A DNA stretch of 64,000 nt from Zygnema circumcarinatum SAG 698-1b (Eukaryota > Plantae > Zygnematophyceae), in contig CM074812.1 in the NCBI GenBank assembly GCA_037447605.1, positions 186,001 to 250,000 on the forward strand. Reading direction: 5' to 3'. The notes under the pieces were generated by a model. That model saw only the letters and a program-made list of their open reading frames with translations, did not search any database and was not told where the DNA came from. Both the position numbers and the translations under genes were made by a program. This document shows, one piece after another, positions 51,301-61,328 of the stretch (position 1 is its first letter; each line of letters opens with the position of its first letter).

Positions 51301-51896
51301 CAGCCCTGCTCCTATACTTAAGCCTAATCCTAACCCAGCCCTAACCCAATCCTAACCCTAACAACAACCTAACCTTAGCCTTAACCTTTAACCCTGACCT
51401 CAATCTTAGTTATAGCTATAGCCCCAGCCATAGAAACCCTCACCCTACAGCAACCCTTAACCCTAATTGTGACCCCAATACTGACCCTAATCTTAACCCT
51501 TATTTAGCCCTAGCCCTAGCCCTAGCCATAACCCTAAACCTAATTCTAAACCTAAACCTAATGCTAAGCACACACACGGAATCTGACACGAAAGCTAATC
51601 CCTGAGAGCCTAATTTCAAACTCTAACGTTAACCCTAATTCAAAACACCAAAGAGGAGTTAAAAAATCAAAACTCACCGCAAACTTTTGACCCCCCGAAA
51701 ACTCCAGCCACTGCCCCTGTGCTATTTCCGTTCCAAATATTTCCGCAGTTCCTGAAACAAGTTTAATCTTCACTTTAGAGTCCCAACTGACTTCGCATCG
51801 GAGCTCCGACAACTTTTCGATCTCATACTTAGTGACCTGCTGCTTTTCTCCACCGTCCAATTGAACTCCTGCCTGCTGCTGCTGACCGGCAGCCAT
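48359..51896 (-). CDS. CLP1: CLP1 polynucleotide 5'-hydroxyl kinase / mRNA cleavage factor subunit, multi-exon
   Basis: ELRCEV...GTAEIFGTE, VFTWHGAKLELDG, MVSYLNVH, the P-loop GPRVIVVGPTDSGKTT, DLDIGQG, VNTMGWVEGLGYE, LLLYSIETLKINVVLVLGQ, DYFYG, PRSALPIG and NVAGFIYVTDVD...APSPGPLP. Stop TAG at 48361-48359. Confidence 0.95.
51325..51640 (-). repeat. degenerate TTAGGG-like tract in CLP1 intron 1 (51107-51677)
   Basis: Plus strand is rich in ccctaa/cctaac/ccctag ('ctaaccctaac', 'tagccctagccctagccctag', 'aaccctaaacctaa'). Confidence 0.7.
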
Positions 51897-52282
51897 GGCT
51901 GGCCCTCGTTTGCCTTCACTCCATGTATTCACCGAACGAGGAGAACTGCCTCTTCTTAAAAGTGACAATGTCTTAACGAGAGCGAGAGATGAGATGCTTT
52001 GGGGAGATAACGTGCGGACATTAGAATTGGCGACGGAGAGATATACTGGAAATTTGAACTGTATTGCTATTGCTACTGATTTTACAGTTATTAATATCTT
52101 ATTAATGGAGAATGCAGGAGTCCTGCACATGCAGTGGTCGCCCTGCGACTCTCGCTAACGCGCCAGCTGTGGATGGAGCCCTTTTTGCTGACGTCTAAGT
52201 TGTGGAAATGGGGGTTCTAGTTTGTGCCGTTAACACTTGTGACGTCACCTGCAAAGTGCTCTTTTTCACAGCCTCCTTTGGA

Positions 52283-52308
52283 TAGGGTTTGTACGGCTTT
52301 TAGGGTTT
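52283..52308. promoter_or_regulatory. two telo-box motifs (TAGGGTTT = AAACCCTA) in the divergent CLP1 / LEA_2 intergenic region
   Basis: Exact matches at 52283-52290 and 52301-52308. Telo-boxes are known in promoters of plant RNA-processing and translation genes. Function here is untested. Confidence 0.4.
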
Positions 52309-52689
52309 GGCTTCGCAGCTCAAGTTCCAACTGGCAGCGCTTTTTTTTTAGGGAGATTTAGCCTTCGCCATTTCCCCTGCTTTGTTTTGTTTTGTTTTTT
52401 TTTTTTTGTTTTCAACTTTCTTGAAGATACTGAAAGTGTCTAGGAAAAGCCCGCCAAGCTCTGCAGGTCGGAGAGAGAGGATGGATATTCCGAAGCTACG
52501 ATTCTCTCCACAGAGTCTGCAAGTCAACTAAAAAAATTGGAAATCAATTCAAAACGCAGAGACCGTCTCTGCCAGAAAGCGCGGCACATAGGAATGAAAC
52601 CACCTGCATTCATTCATTCAACACAAAAAGCCGCCTCCAGTGAAAGATGTCGCCCCGTGAATGCCTCTAACTAGGACCCATTTCCTAGC

Positions 52690-52860
52690 CTTAATTCTGA
52701 CCCTATCCCGGCACTTTAACTCTAAATTTAATCCTTACCTAACTCTAATTATATCTCTAACCCTAACCCCGTTCTTTACCTTAACCCTAATCCTGGCCTC
52801 ACCACTGAGCTTAACCTGAATTCACCTGCAACCTAACCATAACCCTAATCTCACTATTCC
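52690..52860. repeat. degenerate CCCTAA-like tract upstream of the LEA_2 gene
   Basis: 'ctctaaccctaaccccg', 'ttaaccctaatcc', 'acctaaccataaccctaatc'. Confidence 0.6.
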
Positions 52861-53042
52861 AAGCCACAGCCCTTCTCCGAAACCACTCCCCTGTTGTCCT
52901 CCCATACCTTCCACACCTTCTTCTCGCCCCATTGCAGCAGCTCGACTGGGAGCAAAGGCTCCAATCAGTGCCCATTTTTTTTTTTCTTTCTATTTCTATT
53001 TTTTCTCCGTTCTCGCATTACGGAACACATGCACATGTGTCC

Positions 53043-54872
53043 ATGTCTCCCTCCGTTCCATCGCCTGTCGTCTTCTCCTCCAGAAGAAGGACTTCGAGGA
53101 TAAGCCTCCGCCTTTTTGAAAATGGACTTTTCGAGCACCTCTGCACATCAATCCTCTTCTTTGTAGGGCTGTTTTTAGCAGCTGCGGTGCTCTTTGCTAT
53201 TTTCAGGTGAAAAAATACTTCTTCTTCTTCGCCTTCTTCTAATCTGCTTCTCATTCTTCATCTCCTTTTCCCTCTCCTTCTCCTTCTACTTCCCCGTCTC
53301 CTTGTCCTTTTCCTTCCTTCTCCTTCTTTGTTTTTCTCCTTCTCCTCCTCCTGCTGCTGCTTCTTCTTCGTCTGTCCTTATGTTGGCATCATGCAGGCAT
53401 GTTTTTCTATGTTTGGGGCCTTTAGAGAAGCCTCAATGAAATGGTTGATGACTTCTCAACCAATGCATGGCATTGTGCTTTTGAGCTTTTACATTTTTAG
53501 TTCGTTATTGAGTGCATGATTTTCGGTTTTCTTGAATTACTGATTTTTTTTCAATGTGCGTGCAGCGCCGTTTCTATTCAGCTCATAGAAATGTACAACG
53601 AAGATCTGAAAGCTTTCCCTAGGGTGTTCTGAATGTCTTTGTCTGTTTTTTTCGCCTTTGAGTAACAGCCTAATGTGATGCAGACCACGATCACCAGACT
53701 TCGATATTGTGGATGTGAGTGTAGCCGGCCTTCGCGTGAGTCCAACGCGGCCCTACCTCCCTCAGACTCCCTCTCCCTCTCCCTCTCTCTACCCCCCTGC
53801 ACATCGGAGAGACAGACTTAGCGAGAGGGCGAGAGAGGTAGCAAGTGAGAGTGGCAAGTGAAAGGGAGTCATGGAAATTGGCGAGCCACTGGAGATGAAA
53901 GACGAGGAGAAAGAGGGGAAAGGAGCGAGAGAAGACGAGGAAGTGGGAAAGTAGGGAGAGAGAAAAGAAGAAGAAGGGTTGCGATTTGGAATTCGATGTC
54001 CCTATACAAAGGAAAGCGTAGGAGGTCAGCACTGTCCTTCCGTTCCATGTGTTTGACTCTGTGATTCACAAATATGCTTAACTGCCCTAAAAATCTCTCC
54101 AGGTGCGGAGGGTCCGAAATCCTGCTCCCCCCCATCTGCTTTCCGTGGTTGTCGATGTGAACGTAACGGCTCTATTGGGCGTCACCAACAACAACGCTGT
54201 CTCTGTGGTTTACAAACCGGCAAATGCAAGCGTCCTTTACCGAGTAAGTAAAAATACTTCCTATTCCTCCGCCTTTGTTTTTTTTTTTTTTATTCTTTTT
54301 TCTCCTCGAATTGGGCTATCTAATACGCCCCTCTCCATCATGCTCCCTCTCCCTCCCTTCCACTTTGTTGCTTCTTCTCCCTACGGAAGGAGTATCAAAG
54401 CGGGAGCGTTATCAGCTTCAACAGAGGCTTAAAAGAGTAGAAGTGAAAATTCAAAAAAAAAAAAAAAATTCTTCAAATGCAAGCCGATCAAATAGAGACA
54501 TATGCTTTACAATACGGCTCCTGAAACGGAATTTCTGAAATGAAATTTCCCCGATTTTCTTCTGAAACTCAATTTCTATGCTGATACGGAGCCGGAAGAG
54601 TGGGCCCAGGGGTCGAGACTGGGGGAGGTGTATGTGGGGGGCGGTCGCCAGCCAGCCAGAAGCCGCCACGTGGCGCGTCTGCAGGTCGTTCTGAGCGGCA
54701 TCGACGCCCTCGGATTGGGCCTTCCCCTCCTGCGCGACTTCTGGCTGCGCCGCGTTCCGTTGGCAGTTCAGGCGTCCGTAACGGGGAACGTGGAACTTCG
54801 AATTGTCCGGCCCAGCTTTAGGGTGTGTGCTCTCTCGCTCTCTATCTCTCCCAACTCCTGGCTCTTCCTCGC

Positions 54873-54915
<43 letters not shown>

Positions 54916-54936
54916 CTCTTTCTCTCTCTCTCTCTT

Positions 54937-54978
<42 letters not shown>

Positions 54979-55581
54979 CTCTCTCTTTCTTTCTCTCTCC
55001 CAGTACCTCGCTCTCGCTCTCGCTCTCGCCCTCTCTAACTCTCCCAACCCTTGGCTCTCCCACCCTCTCTCTCTTCCACTCTCCCAACCCCTTGCTCTCC
55101 CACTCGTGCTCTTTTTCTCCCTCCCAACCTCTCGCTCTCCCTCTTTCTTTCGTTCACTTTCTCACCCCCACTTTCTTTCTCTCCCTCTCACCTCACTCTC
55201 CTTCTCTTCCTCACTGACCCCTCTCCGCATCCCTGTTTCTCTCTCTCCCTTTTCTCGCAATTTCGTCCTCTCCGACCCTCTCCCCTTCTCTCTCCCTTCT
55301 TCCTCTCCCCTTCTCTCTACCTTCTCCCTCTCCCCTTCTCTCTCCCTTCTCCCTCTCTCTTTCTCTCTCCCACCTCGCCCCTCCCCTTTTGCTCTCGCCA
55401 ACCTCTCCCGCTCTCTCTCCCACTCTCTAAGCGCTCTCTCACGTTGCCAATCTCGCAATGCTGAGGAGATTACTGTTTTGCGGTTGGGCGGTGTCAGGTG
55501 TTCCTGGGTTGTGACATTGTGGTCGATCCTATCGCCCTCCTCATAGTGGAGAAGAACTGCACCTTGGTGTACGGATTTTGA
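53043..55581 (+). CDS. LEA_2 / NDR1-HIN1-like membrane-anchored protein, 5 exons (not visible as one ORF)
   Basis: Exons 53043-53206, 53684-53735, 54103-54243, 54610-54822 and 55498-55581 join in phase. They give TM helix ILFFVGLFLAAAVLFAIF, RPRSPDFDIVDVSVAGL, VNVTALLGVTNNNAVSVVYKPANASVLYR|GSRLGEV...GRQPARS, LLRDFWLRRVPLAVQASVTGNV and VFLGCDIVVDP...EKNC*, which is the LEA_2 pattern. The start codon is tentative. Confidence 0.78.
54860..55440. repeat. (CT)n / CT-rich low-complexity intron tract
   Basis: Lies inside LEA_2 intron 4 (54823-55497). Confidence 0.9.
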
Positions 55582-56950
55582 GCCATGAACAGCTCATGTT
55601 GCAGCATGAGGCGCATGTTGAGCTTCGTCTGTTGTACATAATCTCGCCTCATGTACAAGCGTACTTCACATTGAATTTTAATATCTTCATAAAGAGGAAA
55701 TAGGTTGAGTGGGTGGAAATTCTGCCACGCCCCGCTTCTCCCCTTCAAAAATAGTTCTAAGCTTCAAATTTGGTGGCATGTTGTGAACCATCTTGTGCCC
55801 ACATGCAAGTCATGTGTTTAACAACTGTTGGCCAACTCTAGAGCATGTGATGTGACTTACAATCCTGGGGTCCACACTGTTTCGGTAAGATCTGATCCGA
55901 TCCGTTGGCAGCCAATCACAGCCCTCCGATGGGAATCTTTACATGAAAAATATCCGTACATAACTCTTCCCCAAAGAGGGAAATCATTTGTGAAATTATT
56001 TTGATTTTCGGCAGGGTGCAAATTCTGGCCAAACTGCAAACTTTGACCTTCAGCGACGATCAATTTTCGTACGTCCATGCCGTACCGTTACAGTTCAGTT
56101 CATACCACCTTAATCAATTGCTTATGAAGCACGGAGGAGCGGTGCCTAGGCGTAGTTTTCTTGTGTTTCGGTCCTTTGCGACCAGTCCCTCGTGGTTCCA
56201 CATTTTGCTTTTGTCCATGTACATTTGATGGCCTCGCCATCGCGAGTTCAATGAAAGTTTCCCCGTGTGCGACACAACCATTAGACCTTCACAGAGTGCG
56301 ATCTCCCTCCTCACTCTTAACAGAAAATCTTCATGTAGAACAATCGCCTTACAAAAGCACCATTGTCCGTACAAACAATTCCGTAACATAATCGTTCCAC
56401 CCGTTGGAAGTTTGCTGTTGGCGCCACTCTTTTGTCCGTACGGTCAGTGGATCGGATCAGATACGATTTCACAAATCAACTCCACCGCTGAGTGCGGCTC
56501 AACGAATCACGAGCAGCTGAATCCAGAATTCCCGGAAAGTCACGTCTCTTTTGTCGCTTTCGATGCGATATCGAGACCGTTCCTGCGCGTCCCGCCAAAC
56601 TTCGCGTCCAAACCGCATATGTAACGACAAAAGTATCTTGTCTTTATCGCAGGAGCCGTTTCGGCACGTCAGCACCGACTCCTACAGCCTATGATTAGCC
56701 AGCTCTGTGGTTCGCACTAGGGATGACAAAAGTCCGTACAAGCGACTTTTAGAGTTTTAGATTTCAAACAGAACGTTCTAATATCGAGAAGTTCAGAGTC
56801 TTAAAACACTTTTATAACGTTCATACGACCGTTGCGATTGAACTTCATGTACGATGGTACGGTCGGTGAATTGGCGCTGGCAGGCCAAAGAGGCTGCCGT
56901 ACGCCCGTATGGCCGTATTTCTGTACGGTCATTCTAAAACGGCCAGACAT

Positions 56951-57795
56951 GGGTAACTCTACTGCACCCCCGCGTTTTGTCTTTCGCACCCCCCTATTGA
57001 AAATTTTGCCTGCCCGTTTTGGTACCCCCCAGTTTTGAATATTTCGGGAATTTTTTTTTTCCCCGCCCCTCCCGTCCCCTCCGCTCCCCCCCCTTCCGTG
57101 CCCTCTCCTCCCCTCCCCTCCCCTCCCCCCCCTTCCCCTCCGCTCCCCTCCCCTGCCATGTCCTCCACGGCCCTCCCCTCCCGCCCGCTCCCCTCCCCTC
57201 CCCTCCCCTGCCCTCTCCTCCCCGGCCCTCCCCTCCCCTCCCCTGCCCTGTCCTCCCATGCCCTCCCCTCCCCTCCCTTGCCCTGTCCTCCCCGGCCCTC
57301 CCCTCCCCACCCCTCCCTTCCCCTCCCCTGCCCTGCCCTCCCTTGCCCTCCCCTCCTCGTCTCTCCTCTTCTCGGTTTGCAATTTCTTGTGGTTCCCATG
57401 TTGACTTTGTCCATGTTTATTTGATGGCCTCACCATCTTGAGACCAATGCAAATCCCCTTTTCTTTTGTCGCACATTGTTGGAAGTCAATAGTGAAAAGG
57501 ATAAAACGAGGGGGGTGGAATGTCCAGAATGTCCAGAAAAAGAGGGGAGGGGAGGGGAGCGGGCGGGAGGGGAGGACATGGAGGGGAGGGGAGGGGAGGG
57601 GAAGGGAGGGGAGGGGAGGGGAGGGGAGGGGAGGGGAGGAGAGGGCAGGGGAGGAGGGGGAGCGGAGGGGACGGGAGGGGCGGGAAAAAAAAAAATTCCC
57701 GAAATATTCAAAACTGGGGGGTACCAAAACGGGCAGGCAAAATTTTCAAAAGGGGGGTGCGAAAGACAAAACGCGGGGGTGCAGTAGAGTTACCC
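56951..57795. mobile_element. non-autonomous Mutator-like (MULE/foldback) element, 845 bp
   Basis: ~140-bp terminal inverted repeats starting GGGTAACTCTACTGCACCCCCGCG with about 2 mismatches, extended inward by (CCCCT)n / (AGGGG)n. Perfect 9-bp target-site duplication GCCAGACAT at 56942-56950 and 57796-57804. Confidence 0.9.
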
Positions 57796-58967
57796 GCCAG
57801 ACATTTAGAATTTTTGATTTTTGGAATTCTAATACACGACACTGCACGGCTTAGCTCCACGCCACGTAAGGGAGTCAAAACAATTCCGGCAGATCCAGAC
57901 TGAGAGGCAAGTTTTGTCCCTTCCCAGCGCAGGATTGGCAACCTTTTCTTTTTTCGAAAAAATAAAAATGGGCTGTCGTTTTTAGTCTAACGGATTTTGA
58001 GAGTTTGTTTTACGAAATAACATGGAACCGGAACAGAATTGGAAAAGAACGGTACGGACGAGGAAAAGTACAGCATGGAACGGTTTGTACAGTTTGTACG
58101 GTCAACAAGAAGGAGAGTTTGAGTCCAAGCGGGCCTTTCTGAAGGCCGGACGTGGGCCCTCCATTCTATGTGGGCTCAGTTCCGTTGGCTTTGAGAACTG
58201 GGAGCAACATGTGCCTGTCATGGGGTACGGTGCCACCCTGTGGGCTCTTAATCTGCTCAAAATGTGAACAAAAAATGTAAAAAAAATTCTAACTCCAGAC
58301 GCTTTTTAAGCCCTTACATTCGAATACCTTTCCTCTTTCCAACACTAAAAATCTCTCAGAAAAGCTTAAACAGTCAATGATTTCAATATTTTTTTTTAAA
58401 TACGATCAGTAAGAGCTTTCAGTAACGCTGCGAAGGAAGCCTTCAAAAGCAACACACACACCATCTATTTTTTTGAAATCACATCAATCAGAAAGAACCC
58501 AAAATTGAACCAAATGACCTTCAAACTCGCCTCTTAACATCATCATTTCGCAAACTTCAACACAGGTGTTGCGTGGGCGAACAAGCTCTTATGTTTGCGT
58601 CTTATTATTGCAAGCGGCGGGTCACTCGCAGTCTCTGCTTCTCTGCACTAAATCCGAAGTTGTACAAGAATTAAACCTAAGCATCTTTCATCTTTCTGTC
58701 TCCCTAACCTACTACCGAGCTTCTTAAGATCTCCCCCTCCCTCCCTCCCTCCCTCCCCAGCCCCCAGTCAAAAATGTAACGCTCCGCATGCTCCAAACTA
58801 CGCTGCAGCACGAAAAAAAATGGGTGATCTCCGACCAGATCTTATCCATCCATTATTGGAAAAAAAAAAAAAAAAAAAAAAAAAACGGCCGCCTGGAGAA
58901 GAGGGAGAGTGAGCGAGAAAGAGAAGATATGCATATTCAGAAAAGAAAAGCATTCACGTTCGGTTTT

Positions 58968-60791
58968 TCACGACAAAAAGCCCTTGAAAGAGAAAATCCC
59001 CGAAGACTCCATTCTCATTAGCCGCCTCCTCCCATCATCTGCTCCAGTTTCGTTGATCCGCTTCCTCTCTACCTCGACCTCTCTCTCCTCTCCTCTCCCT
59101 CTCCTCTTCGCTCCCGCTCTCTCCGCGCCTTCACTCCCGCACTCCCCATTCTTCCCCCCCCGGGAAGGAGCCGAAACGTCCGGGAAGCTTCTCCTCTCAT
59201 CTTCGGTGGGCTCTCCGGAGGGAAAAGCGAGCGTTTCAAAGGAGTGGAAAGACTGGAAGGAGTCGGAAGAGACGTCGAAGAAGCGGGTGGAGGGAGAGAC
59301 AGGGGGAGAGAGAGAGGGAGAGAGAGGGGGGGAGGAGTTCCGGGAGGAACTTGTGGAATGTACAGTCAGCCACCTCCCTTGAGCGGCATTGGGGCTTCCC
59401 GGAGACGACCAATAGCTGCTCCCCACCTCAGCGTCTGGAGGCGCCACGTCAGCATCCATAAGATCCATGTCAAGCCGAATACCGGGAGTGGTATTTTGGG
59501 AGACTCTTGAGCTGCAGACAGCTGTCAGTCTGTGGAAGGAGGAGAAGGAGGAAAGAGAGGGCGTCGCGCCCAATGAGAGATCGCCACGTGTCGCCGCCGA
59601 AACAGGGACAGCGTATTCAGACTTGCTTCTTCTTGGAAAGGCCAGCCATGGCTTCTCCCCGAAGCTGCTCTCCGACATGGTGGACTCCGTCACCTCCCAC
59701 TCCCTCCACCTCCTTTCCTCCTCCTCGTCCGACATCTTTCCGCAACTCAAATTCTCCGTAATTCCGCTCCCACACTTTTCCGTATTCTCCGAATTTTCCG
59801 TAAACTCGCCCGAGGGGCTGCTTGCCAAGAAGGGGTGCTCGAGAAGCACCTCCGCACTCGGCCTCTTCGTGGGGTCCCTCTGCAGACACATGAGCAGAAA
59901 TTCTCTCAATTTCGTTGAAATTCCTGACGGAATCTCCGGCACCTCATTGGTGCACCCCAGGCGGTAGAGCGCCGAGCAGGCGTCTGACACCTGTCCCCCC
60001 CATGGCGTCTTCCCCGTCAACATCTCGATCACGGTGCATCCCACGGACCATATGTCGCCAGCTGTGCCCTGCTGCGCCTTCTGCACCACTTCTGGAGCCA
60101 TCCAACAGATGGTCCCTTTCAGCCTCCTTGAGGAGCTCCCAGCTGTTGCCGTCCCCTCATTGGCTGCTCCTCCTCCCCCACTCCCACTCGCACACCCCTC
60201 CTCCTCTCCTCCATCCTTCCATTCCCCCCCTTCCACCTCCTTCCTCCCTCCCTCCCTCCCTCCCTCTCTCCCTCCTCCCTCCTTCTCGCCTCCCTCTCTC
60301 CACTCCCTCACCCTCTCCGACGCCCCAAAATCGCAGAGCTTCACCTCTCCCCCTCTCCCTATCAGAATGTTCTTCCCCTTCACATCGCAGTGCGCCACAC
60401 CCTCCCCATGAACCTCCCTCAGCGCCTCAAGCAGCCCCTTGGCGTACACCCTCACCAGCCCCTCCTCCAGCCTCCCCCCAAATCCCTTAATAAGGTCCGA
60501 GAGGCTCCCTCCCGCGACGTGTTCCATGTGCAGGTTTCTGCGCCGTACTCCGTTTTCCGTGGTCCAGTCGGCGCCCACGCACCTCACCACCCTCTGTGAT
60601 TTGATGCTCTTTAAAATCATAAGCTCATTTTCAAGCGCAGAGAGATGGTCAGGGGAGCGGTCGGCGTCAACGGATTTGACGGCGAAGAGTTCGCCGGAGG
60701 AGCGGAGAAGGGCGAGGTTGACGGAGCCAAAGGCGCCGCAGCCAAGGAGAGGGCCTCGCAGCCATGGAGGGGCCTCCTTGGAGGCAGCCAT
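58968..60791 (-). CDS. intronless MAP kinase kinase kinase (MEKK group, MAPKKK15-21/ANP-like), 607 aa
   Basis: GPLLGCGAFGSVNLA, FAVKS, EHVAGGSL, HCDVKGKN, DFG, GTICWMAPE, DIWSVGCTVIEMLTGKTPW and RPSAEVLLEHPF, followed by a Ser-rich tail with WLTV. Single ORF. Confidence 0.93.
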   Translation of the reverse strand: MAASKEAPPWLRGPLLGCGAFGSVNLALLRSSGELFAVKSVDADRSPDHLSALENELMILKSIKSQRVVRCVGADWTTENGVRRRNLHMEHVAGGSLSDLIKGFGGRLEEGLVRVYAKGLLEALREVHGEGVAHCDVKGKNILIGRGGEVKLCDFGASERVREWREGGEKEGGGREGGREGGRKEVEGGEWKDGGEEEGCASGSGGGGAANEGTATAGSSSRRLKGTICWMAPEVVQKAQQGTAGDIWSVGCTVIEMLTGKTPWGGQVSDACSALYRLGCTNEVPEIPSGISTKLREFLLMCLQRDPTKRPSAEVLLEHPFLASSPSGEFTENSENTEKCGSGITENLSCGKMSDEEEERRWREWEVTESTMSESSFGEKPWLAFPRRSKSEYAVPVSAATRGDLSLGATPSLSSFSSFHRLTAVCSSRVSQNTTPGIRLDMDLMDADVAPPDAEVGSSYWSSPGSPNAAQGRWLTVHSTSSSRNSSPPLSPSLSPPVSPSTRFFDVSSDSFQSFHSFETLAFPSGEPTEDERRSFPDVSAPSRGGKNGECGSEGAERAGAKRRGRGEEREVEVERKRINETGADDGRRRLMRMESSGIFSFKGFLS

Positions 60792-61211
60792 GGCTCACCC
60801 AGCTAGAAGCCTTCGTGGGTCTGATTGGTGGCTACAGCTCTCTCTCTGTTTCTCTCTCGCTCTCTCTTCTCTCTGTTTATCTCTCTGTTTCTGTCTATCT
60901 GAGAAAGGCGTCCCTTTGTATGCACCGAGAGGGGCAACTGAACTAAAATTCTGAGTTGTGTCTCGTTCCCTCGCCCTCTCTCCCACTGCCTCTCTTTCTT
61001 TTTCTCTCTCTATATCTCCCTCCCTCCCTCTCCCTCCCTCCCTCTCCCTCCCTCCCTTTATTCCTCCCCCCTCCTGCACTCGAGCAAAAGGCAAATCTAC
61101 GCGTAAAATTCTGCGCGGGATCGCCCGCCTTCCGTGGCCTTTCCCCTTCAAATCTCGACAGTTTTGAGGGCAGGCGCCAGGAAGGAGAGGGGGAGGGCGG
61201 GGGCAAGGACT

Positions 61212-61328
61212 GTACGGAGACGGGAAAAGTACAATTCCAGGTACGAAATGTGTACAAATTGAAAAAAAAAGTACAGTTTCGGGTTACGTGAAGGCGTACG
61301 GCCGGCTTCAATTGAACGTGAATTGTAC
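61212..61328. promoter_or_regulatory. cluster of seven GTAC cores 420-540 bp upstream of the MAP3K ATG (candidate SBP/SPL sites)
   Basis: GTAC at 61212, 61229, 61241, 61252, 61271, 61296 and 61325. Confidence 0.4.

Noticed and set aside
56801-57903. Several Gly/Arg- and Pro-rich ORFs up to 308 aa
   Set aside because: They are low-complexity read-throughs of the MULE's inverted repeats, with no transposase motifs.
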